Shown piece by piece: positions 13,239 through 27,306 of a stretch of DNA of 64,000 bases. Source of the stretch: Octopus bimaculoides (lineage: Eukaryota); assembly GCF_001194135.2 (NCBI RefSeq), contig NC_068982.1, forward strand, positions 36,410,597 through 36,474,596, in the 5' to 3' direction. The notes beneath the pieces are model-generated. The model saw only the letters and a program-made list of their open reading frames with translations, ran no database searches and was not told the origin of the DNA. Every line of letters starts with the position of its first letter. The first letter of the stretch is position 1. The position numbers and the translations under genes were made by a program.

Positions 13239-13550
13239 ACAACAATTATATCTTGGATATAGAGTTACAGAAGGTTTTGCATCCACAAAGCCAAAGCCTT
13301 GTATTTCTATGGCACAGATGTGAGAAAACACTCAGAAATCAAGAAATACGTCTAAACAAATACAAACAACATTTTTTTTGTTAAGACATATTTCTCAATT
13401 TCTGAGTGTTTTCTCATGTTCACATTGTAGAAATTTTAAATTTAAAATTTTTGTCTTTGTATAGAGTCTGGCGAGCTGTCCACAAGGCTTTGGCTTTGTG
13501 GATACGAAACCTTTGGTAACTCTTATGTCCAAGATATAAAATTTTGTTGT
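13239..13550. repeat. Nested inverted-repeat element (outer arms about 65 bp, inner arms about 40 bp)
   Basis: tatcttggatatagagttac...ccacaaagccaaagccttgt / acaaggctttggctttgtgg...gtccaagatata; inner tgagaaaacactcagaaat / atttctgagtgttttctca. Confidence 0.85.
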
Positions 13551-13832
13551 AACAATTACTGCTCTATTCTTTAGAGTGTGCTTCTTTCCTGATATATATT
13601 ATTTTATTAACTATAAAAATATATACAGTATGTATCCATGCATGTGTGCACGTGTATAAGTGTGCATTGGTTATTTCCACTTGTCTTCCAAGTAGTTTTC
13701 CGGTTACAGATTTCACAAAGTACAACGTATTGAGCAGCCCACTAGAAGACACTTGCTTAAGGTGTCAGGTAGTGGTACAGAATTGAGAATGCTGTGGTCA
13801 TGAATCAGAATTTGTTGCCCATCTCCCCTATA

Positions 13833-13865
<33 letters not shown>

Positions 13866-14127
13866 CATCATCATCATCGTTTAATGTACACTTTCCATGC
13901 TGGCATGGGTTGGACGGTTTGATTGGGGATTGGTGAGCCAGATGGCTGCACTAGGCTCCAATCTGATCTGGCAGAGTTTCTACAGCTGGATGCCCTTCCT
14001 AACGCCAACCACTCCAAGAATGTAGTGGGTGTTTTTATGTGCCACCGGCACAAGGGCCAGTCAGGCGGTACTGGCAACGGCCACGCTCAAATGGTATTTT
14101 TACAGGTCACCTGCACAGGAGCCAGTC

Positions 14128-14721
14128 TCTCACTCAACTGCGCCCCACCCATAATAACGAAGGGGATTGCAGTCTGGGGAGTTAAGTGGCCAGATGTTAG
14201 GGGTGATGTGGTCTCAGAAATTGTCTGATAGCCATGACTGGGTTCTCTTGCTTGGGTGGCATGGTATGGAGTTCTGTTGCCAGACTTAGGGTCTTCCAGC
14301 AGCCACCCTCTTGACCCAGGGCAGCACTACTTCCTCCAGACACTTGATGTAAGCCTCTGTGTTGAGCCTGAGGCTGTGTGGGAAGATGAATGGAGGCCTA
14401 ATGTCGCCATCACTAGCAGTCACTCCAAACACTATGATGTTAATTGAATGTTTGCTTTTTATCACCCTTGGCACAGGTTTTGGGGACACAGCAAGTCAAC
14501 GGTCACTCTGTGCATTCACCATCTGTTTCTACTGGATCTTCTGGCACAGATGCCAAGCAGTACAGTATGTTGTTTCCAAATGTCTGGTAGAGTGAATTGC
14601 ATCATGGTGCTGTTTTTCACACAGATGGTGCCCAACTGACCCTACTATAGTGTGTAGTTAACAAAATTAAAAACAAACAATTAAAAATATAAAATGGCGA
14701 CAATTTGCCCATCGCACCCTG
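14128..14721 (-). mobile_element. maT-type (DD37D) Tc1/mariner remnant, internally deleted
   Basis: IVFGVTASDGDIRPPFIFPHSLRLNTEAYIKCLEEVVLPW..AAGRP*VWQQNS...WPLNSPDCNPLRYY, with 37 residues between the decayed catalytic positions; terminus caggg next to TA at 14722-14723. Confidence 0.8.
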
Positions 14722-14768
14722 TATATACATACATACATACATATTGTAACTACTACACACACACGCAC

Positions 14769-14824
<56 letters not shown>

Positions 14825-15289
14825 TCATCATCATCGTCATATATATATATATATTCTCATATAACACATAGTGTTATAGAGGACTTTCTTCCCATTTATC
14901 TCTGTTTTAGATGTTGTGACAGTCAGAGTTTGTTTACATTTCATTCAATCGAAATAGTTCCTATTGCTGCTTTACACTTCAACTGTGTAAGAAATGCCTG
15001 TTTGATGTGTTTAGGAGAGTAAATAAAACAAACACTAATAAATGCAGAATAAAAAGAAAGAAAGAGTGAAAGATTAGATAATATGAATCAGATGTTAAGT
15101 TTTTTAAGCTATAAAGTCTGTTTATAAGTTACTTTTGTTGCATGTACAGAAACCTAGGCTAGAGAATGTAAAAATCTAATTTAGGTTTCTTGAATTACCA
15201 TAAAAAGATATATATAAAACTTGCACCCTATATGTAATGTAAATACAGAATATAATTGGTGTTTAAACTAAATTTGGAATATATCTTCT

Positions 15290-15675
15290 ATCTTTTATTT
15301 GTGTCAGTCATTGGACTGTGACCATGCTAGAGGATCACCCCAAAGAGTTTAACCAAACAATTCAACCCCAGTACTTTTCCATTTTTTAAAAATTGTTACT
15401 TATTCTGTCAGTCCCCTTTTGCTGAACACTAAATTATGGTGACATAAAGGAATCAACACCAATTGTCAAGTGGACAAACACTAATACACACAAACACACA
15501 CACACACGATGGGCTTCTTTCAGTTCTCACCAGCCAGATCCACTCACAAGGCTATGGTCAGTTTGGGGCTATAGTAAAAAAAAAAAACATCCTCAAGGTG
15601 CCATATAGTGGGACTAAACCTTAAGCCATTTGGTTGAGAAGCAAGCTTCCTACTAGACAGCTGTGCCTGTGCCTA
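15290..15675 (-). mobile_element. tRNA-derived SINE
   Basis: Contains ccactcacaaggct...caaggtgccatatagtgggactaaacc; same family as 56537-58486 and 62030-62385. Confidence 0.7.
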
Positions 15676-15879
15676 TAGTTCATAAAATTGGTATATGCAG
15701 GTGCATGTATACAGAAATGCTTGTAAGAGTGATACCAGGAAACTGGAAAACTATAGTTTTGCTGCTCACAAGCAAGAAGGCAGAAGTGTTTCAAGTTGTC
15801 TCTATTATTGGCTTAGTCAGAAAATGTTAGTTAACCACTAATATCCTCTTTAATCACAGTATTTAACTCTTCTATGGCT

Positions 15880-16138
15880 ATTATTTACATTTGACGGATA
15901 TTTGTCCTCATCTTGTTTGTTATTAACACAACATTTCGGCTGATATACCCTCCAGCTTTCATCAGGTGTCTTGGAGAAATTTCGAATCTTGAAATTTCCC
16001 CAAGACACCTGATGAAGGCTGGAGGGTATATCAGCCGAAATGTTGTGTTAACAACAAACAAGATGAGGTCAAATATCCATCAAATGTAAATAATTTAAAT
16101 AATGTACATAATTCCTCATCTCTTAGATATAGAACTGT
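15880..16138. mobile_element. Palindromic insertion (104-bp arms, 7-nt loop) of the hammerhead-bearing repeat
   Basis: Arms 15880-15983 and 15991-16094; tail gtacataattcctcatctcttagatatagaactg shared with the 28466-28894 copy. Confidence 0.9.
16004..16049 (+). ncRNA. Minimal type I hammerhead ribozyme-like motif (best-preserved copy)
   Basis: gacac-CTGATGA-a-ggctg(gagggtatat)cagcc-GAAA-tg-t-t-gtgtt: helix I, conserved core, stem II and a collapsed stem III. Confidence 0.7.
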
Positions 16139-18690
16139 ATCTTCTATTTCAGATATTGAAAAAACACTAGAAATAATGAAATTCACCTTTTTGTTAAATT
16201 AATATGTCTACAGCCCCTTTAGAATTAAAACATCAATTAATCTCATTTTCTGACACCAATATTTTTTACAAGCATTTCTATTTAATACACTAATTACAAT
16301 AAAACCAGATAGCAATGGTGGAAGTTAAATCCAGAATCATTCTTAGTTGACTCCCTTGCTACTTTGGGTACAATGTCTGAAATTTGGGGGAAGGGGGTTA
16401 GTTAATTACATTAACTCTGAACTCAACTGGTACTCATTTTATTGACCCTGAAAGGGTGAAAGGCAAAGTAGAACCTTGGTAGAATATGAACTCTGAACAT
16501 GAAGCCAAAAGAAATGCTGCTTAATATTTTATCCAATGTGCTAATGATTCTGTCAGCTTGCTGCTTTGGTGTGAAAATCATGTCAACTAACCCTAAATAT
16601 CTTTTTGTACCACCATATTTAATCCTAATATGCACATTGTTGATGTTGAAAGCATTTGAAATAATCAGATCCACATTTTTATAACATAAATATACAGACT
16701 GTACTCTTTCATATTTGCATTATCATTAGCAGAAGTATAATTTTTCACCATTGCTAGCTGGTTCTGTAGAAACTAGTTTATTATTTAGAAATGTTTTTTT
16801 AGAAAAAAAATATTAATGGCGTCAGAAAATGAGACTAATTAATAATACAATTACCAAGGGACAGTGGACACATATTTATTTAATAAAAAAGGCGAATTTC
16901 ATTATTTCTAGTGTTTTTTCAGGCTCTGAAATAGAGAATTTTAAAAGCTGAAAATAACTTGGATGATTGCTTTGCACATTCATAGATTCTAGCATACACG
17001 TGCATGTGCACAAACACACACATGCAGAAACAAGCATCTGTCAAAAAGCATTTCAGCCATGCTCATTCTATGCTTTAAAGCTTCTGGTCAGTCTTGATCT
17101 AACAAACCTCTATGATTAAAGGTGTCTCAGTAATGATTTGACTGCTACTTGTAGCAGATGGAGTGACTAGCCAGGACAAATCTGTCACTAGCTGTTATTG
17201 TTGCTTTAGCTTTAGATAAATTCTGATTGAGCAGACTTATGATCAAAAATATTCCACCCATGCCATCCTGTCTTAATTTTCAGTTTTTTTTTCTGAAATA
17301 ATGCCTGTCTTTTCAAAATTTTTATGGATTGTAAGGTAGCAAGCAGGCAAAATGCTTAGCGGCATTTCATCCGTCTTTATGTTCTGAGTTCAAATTCTGT
17401 TGAGGTTAACTTTACCTTGCATCCTTTCAAGGTCAATAAAGCAAGTACCAGTTGAGCACAGGGGTCAATGTAATTGACTTACTCCTCCCTGAAACTGCTG
17501 GCCTTGTGCCAAAATTTGAAACCAGTATTTCTATGGATTCTAACAACAAAACACAAAGAGCAGCTGCAAGGAATGTAGCTGCTCTTTCTAGCATGTTGGG
17601 TAAAAGCAGTACACACACACTCACATTCATATATGAATCTGTTGTTAGTCATTATTGTTGTTTAACCCAGGTTAGCTCTGATCCAGCAAGCCTATGATCA
17701 AAGGCATTCCACCCAAGGCCATCACACATTTTATTTTTCAGGCAGTGAAACCTAGACTACATTAATTATCCAATAAGTCTTTAAAAAAACAGAGAAGGTA
17801 GGGTGTGACAAGAGGGAGATATAATGACTTAATGCATGATGGCCACAGTAGGAATGTTTTCAAAAATGAGTGGATGAACATGGAAATGCTTTTAAAAGAT
17901 AGGATGGTCGTAATAGGAATACTTCTAAAAAATGGAATGGTCACAGTGGGGAAGCCTTTACAAAGACATGCTTTTATGTATCAGTATGTAAACATTTGTG
18001 TGTGCATGCAAACATCCACAAAGGAATCAGTGAAATTATCTCCAATTTTGAAAATCTTCTATTTTAAAGCTTACACTACAAGATACTCTTTTTTTATTTT
18101 CATCATGTACTGCAAACATTAAAATATTGGATGTGACAGAGAGTGTATTATCTCTCTCATGTACATTCACACTAACATCCATATAAATATACAAACATTT
18201 AAACTAGGAGATAAGCAGAGCTGGAGTAGAGATGGCATGTCATTGATGAGGTCATGGATGATGACGAAATGGACTTTGACTAGCTAATTGATTGATTAAC
18301 TAAATGACTAATCAAGCACTTGATAAGTTGATTAGTTAATATGATTTTCGGTTGTTGAGTCTCATTGAGGTAATGACGTGACCAAGACTTCTGGTTATTT
18401 GAGAAGATACGTCAAGCTAAATGAAATTGTAGTTGTGGCCAATACCAGCAACATGTAAAAGACACCTGTGCTGGTGACACATAAAAGACACCCAGTACAC
18501 ACTGTGGAGTGGATGGTGTTAAGAAGGGCGCTCGGCCTTAGAAACAAGCCAAAACAGACTGGATCCTGGTGCAGCTCTCCAGCTTACCAGCTCCAGTCAA
18601 ACTGTCTAATCCATGCCAGCATGGAAAATGGACGTTAAATGATGATGTTGATGATAATGATGATGATGACAATGATGATGATGTTTAACT

Positions 18691-18947
18691 CAGTGGTTCT
18701 CAGTGGGACTCCATATGACTCTTAGAGGTCCATGTAAGATTTTGCTGTTAAAATTTATATGTAATAAATTGGTTATACCTCAACAATGCACAAAACATTT
18801 TAACAATTTTTTTAAAACAATTTCTAATAATATTTAATTATTAAAATTATAAAAGGAGTTTTTAAAAACCTGAATAGCTTTAAGGGTCCAGTAGAGTAAA
18901 ATAGGAATCAAAGGGGTCCATAGGTAAAAAATGGTTGAGAAACACTG
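18691..18947. mobile_element. hAT (Charlie-like) MITE
   Basis: TIR cagtggttctca / tgagaaacactg; perfect 8-bp TSD gtttaact at 18683-18690 and 18948-18955. Confidence 0.9.
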
Positions 18948-19025
18948 GTTTAACTAATTGATGGATAATAATAAAAGAAAAATTTGGTTTGCAAGATTCT
19001 TTATGTGAATTTGTGTGTTGAAGCA

Positions 19026-19380
19026 TATTTTATTATGTCTGGGGAGAGTCGTCCTCTTTTAGGGTCTTACTAATTTAACACACTCACTGGTCTGATTTCC
19101 ACTCATTTACTTATTTATTTTTACTAAAATTTTCATTCCATCTTGCAACCTTTTCAATAGTTGTTGACTGTCTGTTATTGGAACTGTGTTCTTTAAAAAA
19201 AAAAAAAAAAAAGAACACAGTTCCAATAACAGACAGAGTCAACAACTATTGAAAAGGTTGCAAGATGGAATGAAAATTTTAGTAAAAATAAATAAGTAAA
19301 TGAGTGGAAATCGGACCAGTGAGTGTGTTAAATTAATATGGCACTAAAAGAGAATGACTCTCCCCAGACACAATAAAATA
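19026..19380. repeat. Long palindrome, about 170-bp arms around an A-run loop
   Basis: tattttattatgtctggggagagtc...gtgttcttt (A)18 gaacac...gactctccccagacacaataaaata. Confidence 0.92.
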
Positions 19381-22300
19381 AAAGAAGTGAAATAGAATGA
19401 GTGTATGTATTTATTATGCATAATGACCCTCCCAAGATACAAGAAAATGTTTCAACACATGGGTTTACATCAAGAATTTTCCAAACCAAATACAAAACCA
19501 AGACAATTAATATTTTGCAAAAATTAATCTTTATTTAAATTTACATAGAACATTGTTTTCCCCATCTCCAAAAGCTTGTGGCTTCATTTCCTTCATGATT
19601 AGAGAAGCTTAATCTACTTCACTAATGCCTTAAAGATTGCATGAATGCAGTGTCCCCCTGAGAGAAATTTTTCAAACTAGAGCAAAAATGCTTTATGATA
19701 GAATACTCTCAAAATTTAAGGGGTTGTAAGGTTTTAGGAACAGGCCTGGCAGACAGTTACAGGTTCCCCTATGTAGCTGTCCAGACTCCAGACTGATGTA
19801 CTCATTATACCCTTCTCATTAGGCCTTGCATGAATACCTCAACATTAAATAATTTTTTGTATATTTTTAATGACTTATGTCTCATTTAGTAATTATAATT
19901 ATATTAGAATCAGTAAAACTAGAATATTATACAAAATCCAAAGAATATAAAGTTACATACTTAGTGCTTTAAATGAAATTATCTTACCTAGTGGACTTAT
20001 ATATATAACACAAATAAAATTTAATTTTAAGTTTTTGTTTATTTATCTATATAGGTTGTGTGAACAGTCGTAATTTAAACTGATTTTCTATTGTTGTCTT
20101 TTACATTGTTCTTCATGTTGAAATATTTTGGATTAAGAATTTATTAAAATATTGGTTAAAATTGATTTGTATGTGTTTCTTATACTGATAAATTTGAATT
20201 TTTCTTACAAAAATAGCAACTATATTATTCTTTTAATTACTAACCTTGATTTCAAGTTACTAATACATAAAAAGTGAATTTAGAAAATAACTGTTAGCTG
20301 CCTGTGTGCATTGATTGACAGACATTAGTCAATCATTATAATAAGATATAAATCATCTGGCCAAAATTTAAAATAAGTTGGAATAAAATAAATTTATTGA
20401 ATAAAATATTAGAAAAATAATCATAGTAGTATTGTAGCATGTTCCTTGCAATAATAATTTAAATCTTGTAGGAAATTAATTACAGCTAATAGAATATGAT
20501 TTTGTTATATTAGCCGATTACATGTTTTGCAGTTTAAGTAGTTTATTCGGTTCCGGATCACAGTTTTAAAGCATGAATATATAATTAGTGAAATAAAAAC
20601 AAAACTGCTAAACCAATCAATATATTATTGGGTCTTCTTAATTATTTTGTATTATATTGCTAATGAAACCCATTTTAAGTGCTTCAATAGGATCTAGTTT
20701 CAATTAAGAATAAGATATCTGAAATTAAAATTCAATAGTTTCAGCATCTTTTGATCAGCCAGGAATAGTGAATTACAGAATAGATTTTGTCATTTTGTCA
20801 TTTTGCTTTTTCCTTTTTCTCTTTCTCTTTGGTCTATAAGTTTGACACAATTAATTGGGAACTCATCTGGAAAATGAAAATAAATAAATAAAATATTTCA
20901 AGATAAATCAGAAATTATAGAATTAATTTTCAATAGTAGTTTCACATTTATTAAATTAAGGTCAACAGAAATTCTTTGCTAGTTTAATGAATTAACAGAA
21001 GAATAATAGAATTAATTGAATTAAAAAGACAGTTTAAAACAATGTGTTACAACAATGTTAAATAAAGGCCTGTGAGAAACAATGGATTAATTCCTTGTAT
21101 AGTCATTTTCTTTGTGAAATTGCAATGCCATCTCTTTTGATTGTAGCTATGCAATTCAAGAATCTATTATTCAGAATTACAAGTGTTTTTATTTATCAAT
21201 TCTGCATGTCTTTCTTCTCAAAGATTTCATTTGCCAAAATTCTTGTTGTATTTACTTTAAGTTTTATCAATTATTTGACAAGATAATACCAGTCATTACA
21301 GTTGTGTTGCTGTGTATAAGAAGTTCAGTATTCATAATCCAAACTTGTAATTCAAATAATATAAAATGTTTTAACATTCATTGTCTATAATTCAAATACT
21401 AAAGATTTTAAATAAAAATGATGCACTTATTTTCCATAACTAGTGTGAGAGCTGCTCAGGGCAGCCTTTGAGTTTGATCCCCCCACCATCATACAAGTTT
21501 ATACAGAAGACCCCGTTGTGCCAACATCATAAAAGTGTTAGCTGGGGCTGACTGTCACCCTCACTATGCTTCTTATTGTTGCTGAGTGGTAAAATATTTC
21601 CATATAACATAATCTGCAATATTTGACATCATAGTAAGAGTAATTCTTTAGGCATCTTTTAATATTGATTCAGCTGCACAGCTTACTTGATAAAGAATAT
21701 GTGTTAATCTATAATCTGTAGCTTAAGACTAAATAAGCAAGATTATACCCATTCATTCTCATGTTAAAGAATTCAATCTTGGTATTGCAAATCACTATCA
21801 ACTTATAAGTTTAGTCAGTTGGTGTGCCACTATCACCTATTCATCCAGGAAGATATTAGACACTAAATATGAATTTTTAAATACATCTTTTTCATTATAC
21901 CAGAGAGAAGAAACTGTTGTAAATGCCATAGAATTTAGAAAATCATACGACAAAATATTAACTTTTGGCAAATACTTTATTAGTTACTGACTTATTAACA
22001 GAGAAAGAATCACTTAAAAAGATAAATTTTTTAGTCATGTAAAAGTTTTTATTGTTGATAATAATGATTAAAAAAATTTTTTAGGAGCCATCCTGAGGGT
22101 GGAGAAAATTGCTATCATCTGCCTCAAGCAGGAAGGCAATGACATTCAAAATCCCCAAAACAGCAAATAACTACAGGGTTGTATCAAAGATATTAGATAT
22201 TCTATTTGTCTTTTAAAATAAACAGAAAAAAAAAACAAAAAACAATATACAGTCACATAATATACAGCAGCAAAACCTAAGACACAAAGAAGAGTATAAA

Positions 22301-22431
22301 TGAACAAAACTCAGTTACATAATCTACATTGGAATACTTTCTGAAATATAACAAGATCACAAATCTAGGTATGGGTGAGGTTATTTTTAATCAACTCTAT
22401 TACTGGTGATTATCTTATTGGTACTTGGAGA

Positions 22432-23395
22432 CAGAACTGGATTTAACTCAAAGGGGGCCCGGGGCACTTCAAGTTCAGTGGGTCCCTCAGAAACAAGTCT
22501 TTTCAAGTGGCCCATTAGAAATAGATCAAATTGTGCTATAAGTTCCATAGAACCTAGAAAATCCCCACTGTGTTTAGAGCCTATTATTTCTTCACTACCT
22601 CTAAATGCCAGACCCCTCCTCAGCTAGAAATATTGTCACAGCCACAACTCGGTGCAAAATTTCAGCCCAGTATTTCTTATTTTGTTGGACTTGTTTTTCC
22701 AACTCTTTGTTAACATGAGAAGATTCCCTACAGAATCTTTGTGGCCTTGACCTTGTTCATGTGTTTTCATTTTCTCCTCTGCTTTTTTCCAGTTGTTAAA
22801 GCCTCCTTTGTTGGAAAACTTGTCACGTTGGCTTGACATCAAGGTACAGTAAAAGCAATAAATTGCACCCTTTGATGAGCTGTACAGGAGCCACTTTCTT
22901 AAAAGCTGATCACCATTTTCATGAATTGTATAAAACATTGAATTTTTAGAATAACAATAGTGCCTAACCAGTTTATCTTCTGATTGATAATGGCATCGAG
23001 ATTCTGGGTAGGAGTCGGAGTCATTTTTATTTTGACATATGGCTGATTTTGTCTGAAAGAACATGGACACATACTTTTCTCTGGCAGAAAACCACATGGT
23101 TTGGTCTGGATCCCATGATACTGTTTTACTATCCATGACAGTAGGAGATGATGGTTCTTTGTTTTCAATATTTTGAGGTGATACGTTCTTCCTGTTTTCT
23201 GCAGATGTACTTGGGAGTGCGACTGGTTCCTCAAAAGGGATATCTGGTACTGATTCTTCATCATTAGCTTCTGGGTTTTCTTTTTTTCGAAGCGAAGAAA
23301 AATTCTGTAGGGCTAATACAGCAGGATTTTTTTCACTTTTTTCTTTAGAAATTCTTCTCTTCTGAGCTCCAGACAGTTGAATTTTCTATGGCATC
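22432..23395 (-). mobile_element. Internally deleted hAT element: TTF-type zinc finger plus start of DUF4371-like region
   Basis: ORF 22636..23136 RKWLLYSSSKGAIYCFYC...GFNNWK..H..H, then frameshifted YWAEILHRVVAVTIFLAE-RGLAFRG...GDFLGSMELIAQFD; N-terminal SGAQKRR; hAT-like terminus cagaactggattt at 22432. Confidence 0.85.
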
Positions 23396-25222
23396 CTTAG
23401 ATATTCTGAGAATATATATATAATCTGACTAGAAACAAATGAGAATAGTTTCAAAAATAAAAGGAAACTGGAACTAATAACAGTAATGTAGAATCACTTA
23501 ATTTAATCTTGCTACAGGTGTATTAAGACGAGCACTTTACGAATACATGTTATTCTTATGTGTTTGGCAGATAAATAGCCCTGCTGCCAAAGTTAATCAA
23601 AATTTAATAGAAAAGAGTGTGAGTGAAACAGCAAATCAAAGATTACAGATTAAGGATTTGGTTTCCATAAAATTACTTTTCTTCAAAATTATGTTTCACT
23701 TCAATTGTAATGAAAAGGTGCCAGAATCACTTCAAAAGATATAATTTGAGAAGAAATTTTGTATTTCATAGATTTATCTAAACTTTAAACTATCTGATAG
23801 CAATTTTTGAGCATACAACTTTGCTTTTACTTTTCTTACATGTGCAGATGCAATGACCCTAATCATTTTGTGAAGGAAGAGGGTATTTTGGATTGCAATT
23901 AAGATGTCTTACTATTAGTTATGATACGGGAGCTTATTTATTTATTTATTTGTTTGTTTCAATGTTTTTTTTTCATTTTTTATACATCCACCTATTTATG
24001 GTCAGGTACTATGGTAATAGACAGCCGCTAAAATAACTAATGTTTGGCAGAGATAGTTAAAAATTGGTGGGTAAAGACAATCTGAAAGAACAATTAGCAA
24101 AACTAGAAGGAAAAGTTGCAGGATAGTACCAGCAATAGTGATAGGTTCTAAACCACTGTCATCTGTGAAATGTTTGAAAAAGTGGAAATGATATAGTAAG
24201 CAATGTCAGACAAAATTATACTTCCTTTTAAAAAACAACTCGAAAATAACAGTAATAACAAAAAGTAGTACATCAAAAAATTAAAGACAGAAACATTTTA
24301 AAATATTTAAAAAAAAATTGAACCATATTAATAGAAAACAAAATCATAAATTATATTCAACAAATTAAGGCGATCTTTTGTTTTACAGCCATATTAGGTA
24401 AAATATAAATGGAAATGAAACCTACAATAATGGGTAATGGCATAAAAATAACTTGACTACCCTGAATGACTAAAATGAATAGGTTAATGTAAAGAAGCAG
24501 GATATTATTATAGATTTCTTATTTTTTAAAATTATTTTTCAATGGCATCATTTGTTAACTCATTAAAGTAGCATTGGAAGAAAATAAGACAGTATAAATC
24601 AAGATAATCAAGTCAGTTTTTGTACATTCCTCATTGCTGTTAGTTTCATTTTATTGGAACCACTGACAATGAAACACGATTTATGACTACAGACGATGAT
24701 GTTCCTCTTACATGTCCTTAAATCAAAATGAATTCTTCATAACAACATAACTTTATTGCAAGAGCCCTCTCTCAAGATTTGGGGAAGGGATGGAAAAAAT
24801 TTAAAAAAATATTTTTGCATAATCATACAAGGTTACAGTGTGTAAGAACACAAATTCACAAAAATTTTCTGAAAATACCCAAGAATAAGAAAAGTCTTGA
24901 TTAATTAAATGGTTGGCATGATCAGAACTCTGCCAAATGCTGAAGAAGTATTTTTCTGGGACAGAATAGCTGTCCCACCTTTTGTTATTTTACTGTATTC
25001 CACATTCTGAAACACCTTCAAGTCGCATTAAAAAAACTAAAAATCTCTCCACCTTTACCTCTATTTCATACCTCTCACAAAATTTTGTTTTTGTTTTATT
25101 TTCATTTATGTGAAATTACAAAAAAAAAATCCAAGAGATTTGGCTGTTATTTCTAGCATGTGGAGAGACCTAGGCTTAACTTCATGCACTGGTTGAAAAT
25201 CACCTAACAAAAATTCTGGGTA

Positions 25223-25597
25223 GTAAAGATTGTTTGCCAACATAATATGGCAGTCCTGGTTTAGGACTAATGTTGCTGTAATTTAGTCCCAGGAGACACC
25301 GTCTCCAGCTGGCTATACGACACAATCTGTGTCTTTATATTTTTGAACAAAGGAATCTAGCACCTCCACTCAGCACAAAACAATATCTGTGTATCACGGT
25401 TTCTGGGTTATTTCTCTTCATCGCGATACACAGATATTGTTTTGAGCTGAGTGGGGGTGCTAGATTCTCTTGTTCAAAAATATAAGGACACAGATTGTGT
25501 TGTATAGCCAGCTGGAGACGATGTCTCCCTGGGTTAAATTACAGTAACATTAGTCCTAAACCAAGACTGTCATGTTATATTGGCAAACAATCTTTAC
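25223..25597. repeat. Long palindrome, about 175-bp arms, with a 25-nt spacer resembling a decayed hammerhead core
   Basis: Arms 25223-25397 and 25423-25597; minus-strand centre gtatcg-CGATGA-agagaaataaccca-GAAA-ccgt-gatac. Confidence 0.9.
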
Positions 25598-27259
25598 AAC
25601 AAAGTACTGTTGCTGAATATCTCATGTTGTGAAATTTAAAAATAGTAACTTTCCATAAATTCTGGGGTTGATATATTTGACTAAAAGTTCTTCAAGGCAG
25701 TGCCCCAGCATCACCGCAATCTAATGATTTAACAAATACAAAGGAAAACACACACACACAAAAAAACCCCCCCAAATATATCACTGAGGTAGTTTTGACT
25801 TGGCTTAAAAAAAAAATTCTGGGATACATACAGTCGTCTAAAAATTCTTCAAGGTGGTGCCCCAGCATGCCTGCAGTCTAATAACTGCAACAAGTAAAAA
25901 GGAAAAAAATCATTTTGTCCCAGGTAAGGGGTAGGGGGTTGTCCCACATTCGTACGGAGGACTTGCTCCATTATCCAGTTAACATTGGAGATGTTTGTCT
26001 TTTTAGAAATATTTAATTTGTAATGTGCCGTTTATTGCATTAAATGCATANNNNNNNNNNNNNNNNNNNNNNNNNNNNNNNNNNNNNNNNNNNNNNNNNN
26101 NNNNNNNNNNNNNNNNNNNNNNNNNNNNNNNNNNNNNNNNNNNNNNNNNNNNNNNNNNNNNNNNNNNNNNNNNNNNNNNNNNNNNNNNNNNNNNNNNNNN
26201 NNNNNNNNNNNNNNNNNNNNNNNNNNNNNNNNNNNNNNNNNNNNNNNNNNNNNNNNNNNNNNNNNNNNNNNNNNNNNNNNNNNNNNNNNNNNNNNNNNNN
26301 NNNNNNNNNNNNNNNNNNNNNNNNNNNNNNNNNNNNNNNNNNNNNNNNNNNNNNNNNNNNNNNNNNNNNNNNNNNNNNNNNNNNNNNNNNNNNNNNNNNN
26401 NNNNNNNNNNNNNNNNNNNNNNNNNNNNNNNNNNNNNNNNNNNNNNNNNNNNNNNNNNNNNNNNNNNNNNNNNNNNNNNNNNNNNNNNNNNNNNNNNNNN
26501 NNNNNNNNNNNNNNNNNNNNNNNNNNNNNNNNNNNNNNNNNNNNNNNNNNNNNNNNNNNNNNNNNNNNNNNNNNNNNNNNNNNNNNNNNNNNNNNNNNNN
26601 NNNNNNNNNNNNNNNNNNNNNNNNNNNNNNNNNNNNNNNNNNNNNNNNNNNNNNNNNNNNNNNNNNNNNNNNNNNNNNNNNNNNNNNNNNNNNNNNNNNN
26701 NNNNNNNNNNNNNNNNNNNNNNNNNNNNNNNNNNNNNNNNNNNNNNNNNNNNNNNNNNNNNNNNNNNNNNNNNNNNNNNNNNNNNNNNNNNNNNNNNNNN
26801 NNNNNNNNNNNNNNNNNNNNNNNNNNNNNNNNNNNNNNNNNNNNNNNNNAAATGACTGAAAATGTCTTTTTTTATTTTCAAAATTCTAATTTCGTTTTCC
26901 ACTCATGCACCTGCAGTGTTTGGCTTTTTCTTCATTGTGAAAATACAATAAAGGAGAGAAATGAGACTTTTTTAAATAAGAGTTGAAAATGTTTCAGAAT
27001 GTAAAATACAATAAAATGTTTTCAAACTAGGAAGGAAAAAAAATAACGAAAGATCAGAAATTACTCATTTTGCCCTAGTTAATTATTTTGTCTCAAGAAA
27101 ATGGTTAGATTAAAAAAAAAAAAAGTGCTTTTAGCTGTTGATAGATGTAATTTTATAATTAAAACAAAAATCAAAATCTAAATTTTGGAACATAATTTGT
27201 TAGGGAGATTTCGAAGACTTACTGAAATAATGAAGCTTAGCAGTGCTAATATATGTGTT

Positions 27260-27306
<47 letters not shown>

